From: Octopus sinensis
Lineage: Eukaryota
DNA length: 64,000 bases
NCBI RefSeq assembly: GCF_006345805.1
Contig: NC_043005.1
Coordinates: 98,890,001-98,954,000, forward strand
Direction of reading: 5' to 3'
Shown here: positions 63,967 to 64,000 of the stretch, piece by piece
Numbering within the stretch: the stretch's first letter is position 1
Layout of the letters: each line of letters starts with the position of its first letter
Notes under the pieces: generated by a model
Told to the model about the DNA's origin: nothing
Database searches by the model: none
Seen by the model: only the letters and a program-made list of their open reading frames with translations
Translations under genes and position numbers: made by a program

Positions 63967-64000
63967 AATTCCTTTCTGAAAGACATAACTGACAAAAATA

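Overview
AT-rich, microsatellite-dense animal genomic DNA. The repeat families point to an octopus or other coleoid cephalopod; this is inference. The only host gene I can support is the 3' part of RIC1 (RAB6A GEF complex partner 1) on the + strand. It has six coding exons (16031-16195, 32684-32805, 34876-35079, 36872-37049, 43207-43395, 45682-45934) with GT-AG introns whose phases join into one ORF of about 369 aa ending ...NDCLLS*. Upstream exons were not found and probably lie before the window. The rest is transposon-derived: mariner, maT and Tc1 elements, hAT remnants, a piggyBac-type MITE, a Helitron with both canonical termini, RTE, R4/Dong and CR1/Jockey-type LINE pieces, several tRNA-derived SINE families, and Penelope-like element (PLE) derivatives carrying minimal type I hammerhead ribozyme (HHR) motifs. 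Highlights: (1) a 1.94 kb near-perfect PLE palindrome (7606-9542) with an HHR in each arm; (2) a ~250 nt unit joining a tRNA-type Pol III promoter to a PLE-type HHR tail (13672-13920); (3) a CaaX-like C-terminus on RIC1; (4) a (CTA)n microsatellite that appears to supply the branch point of RIC1's last coding intron. All family assignments come from manual motif recognition, not database searches.
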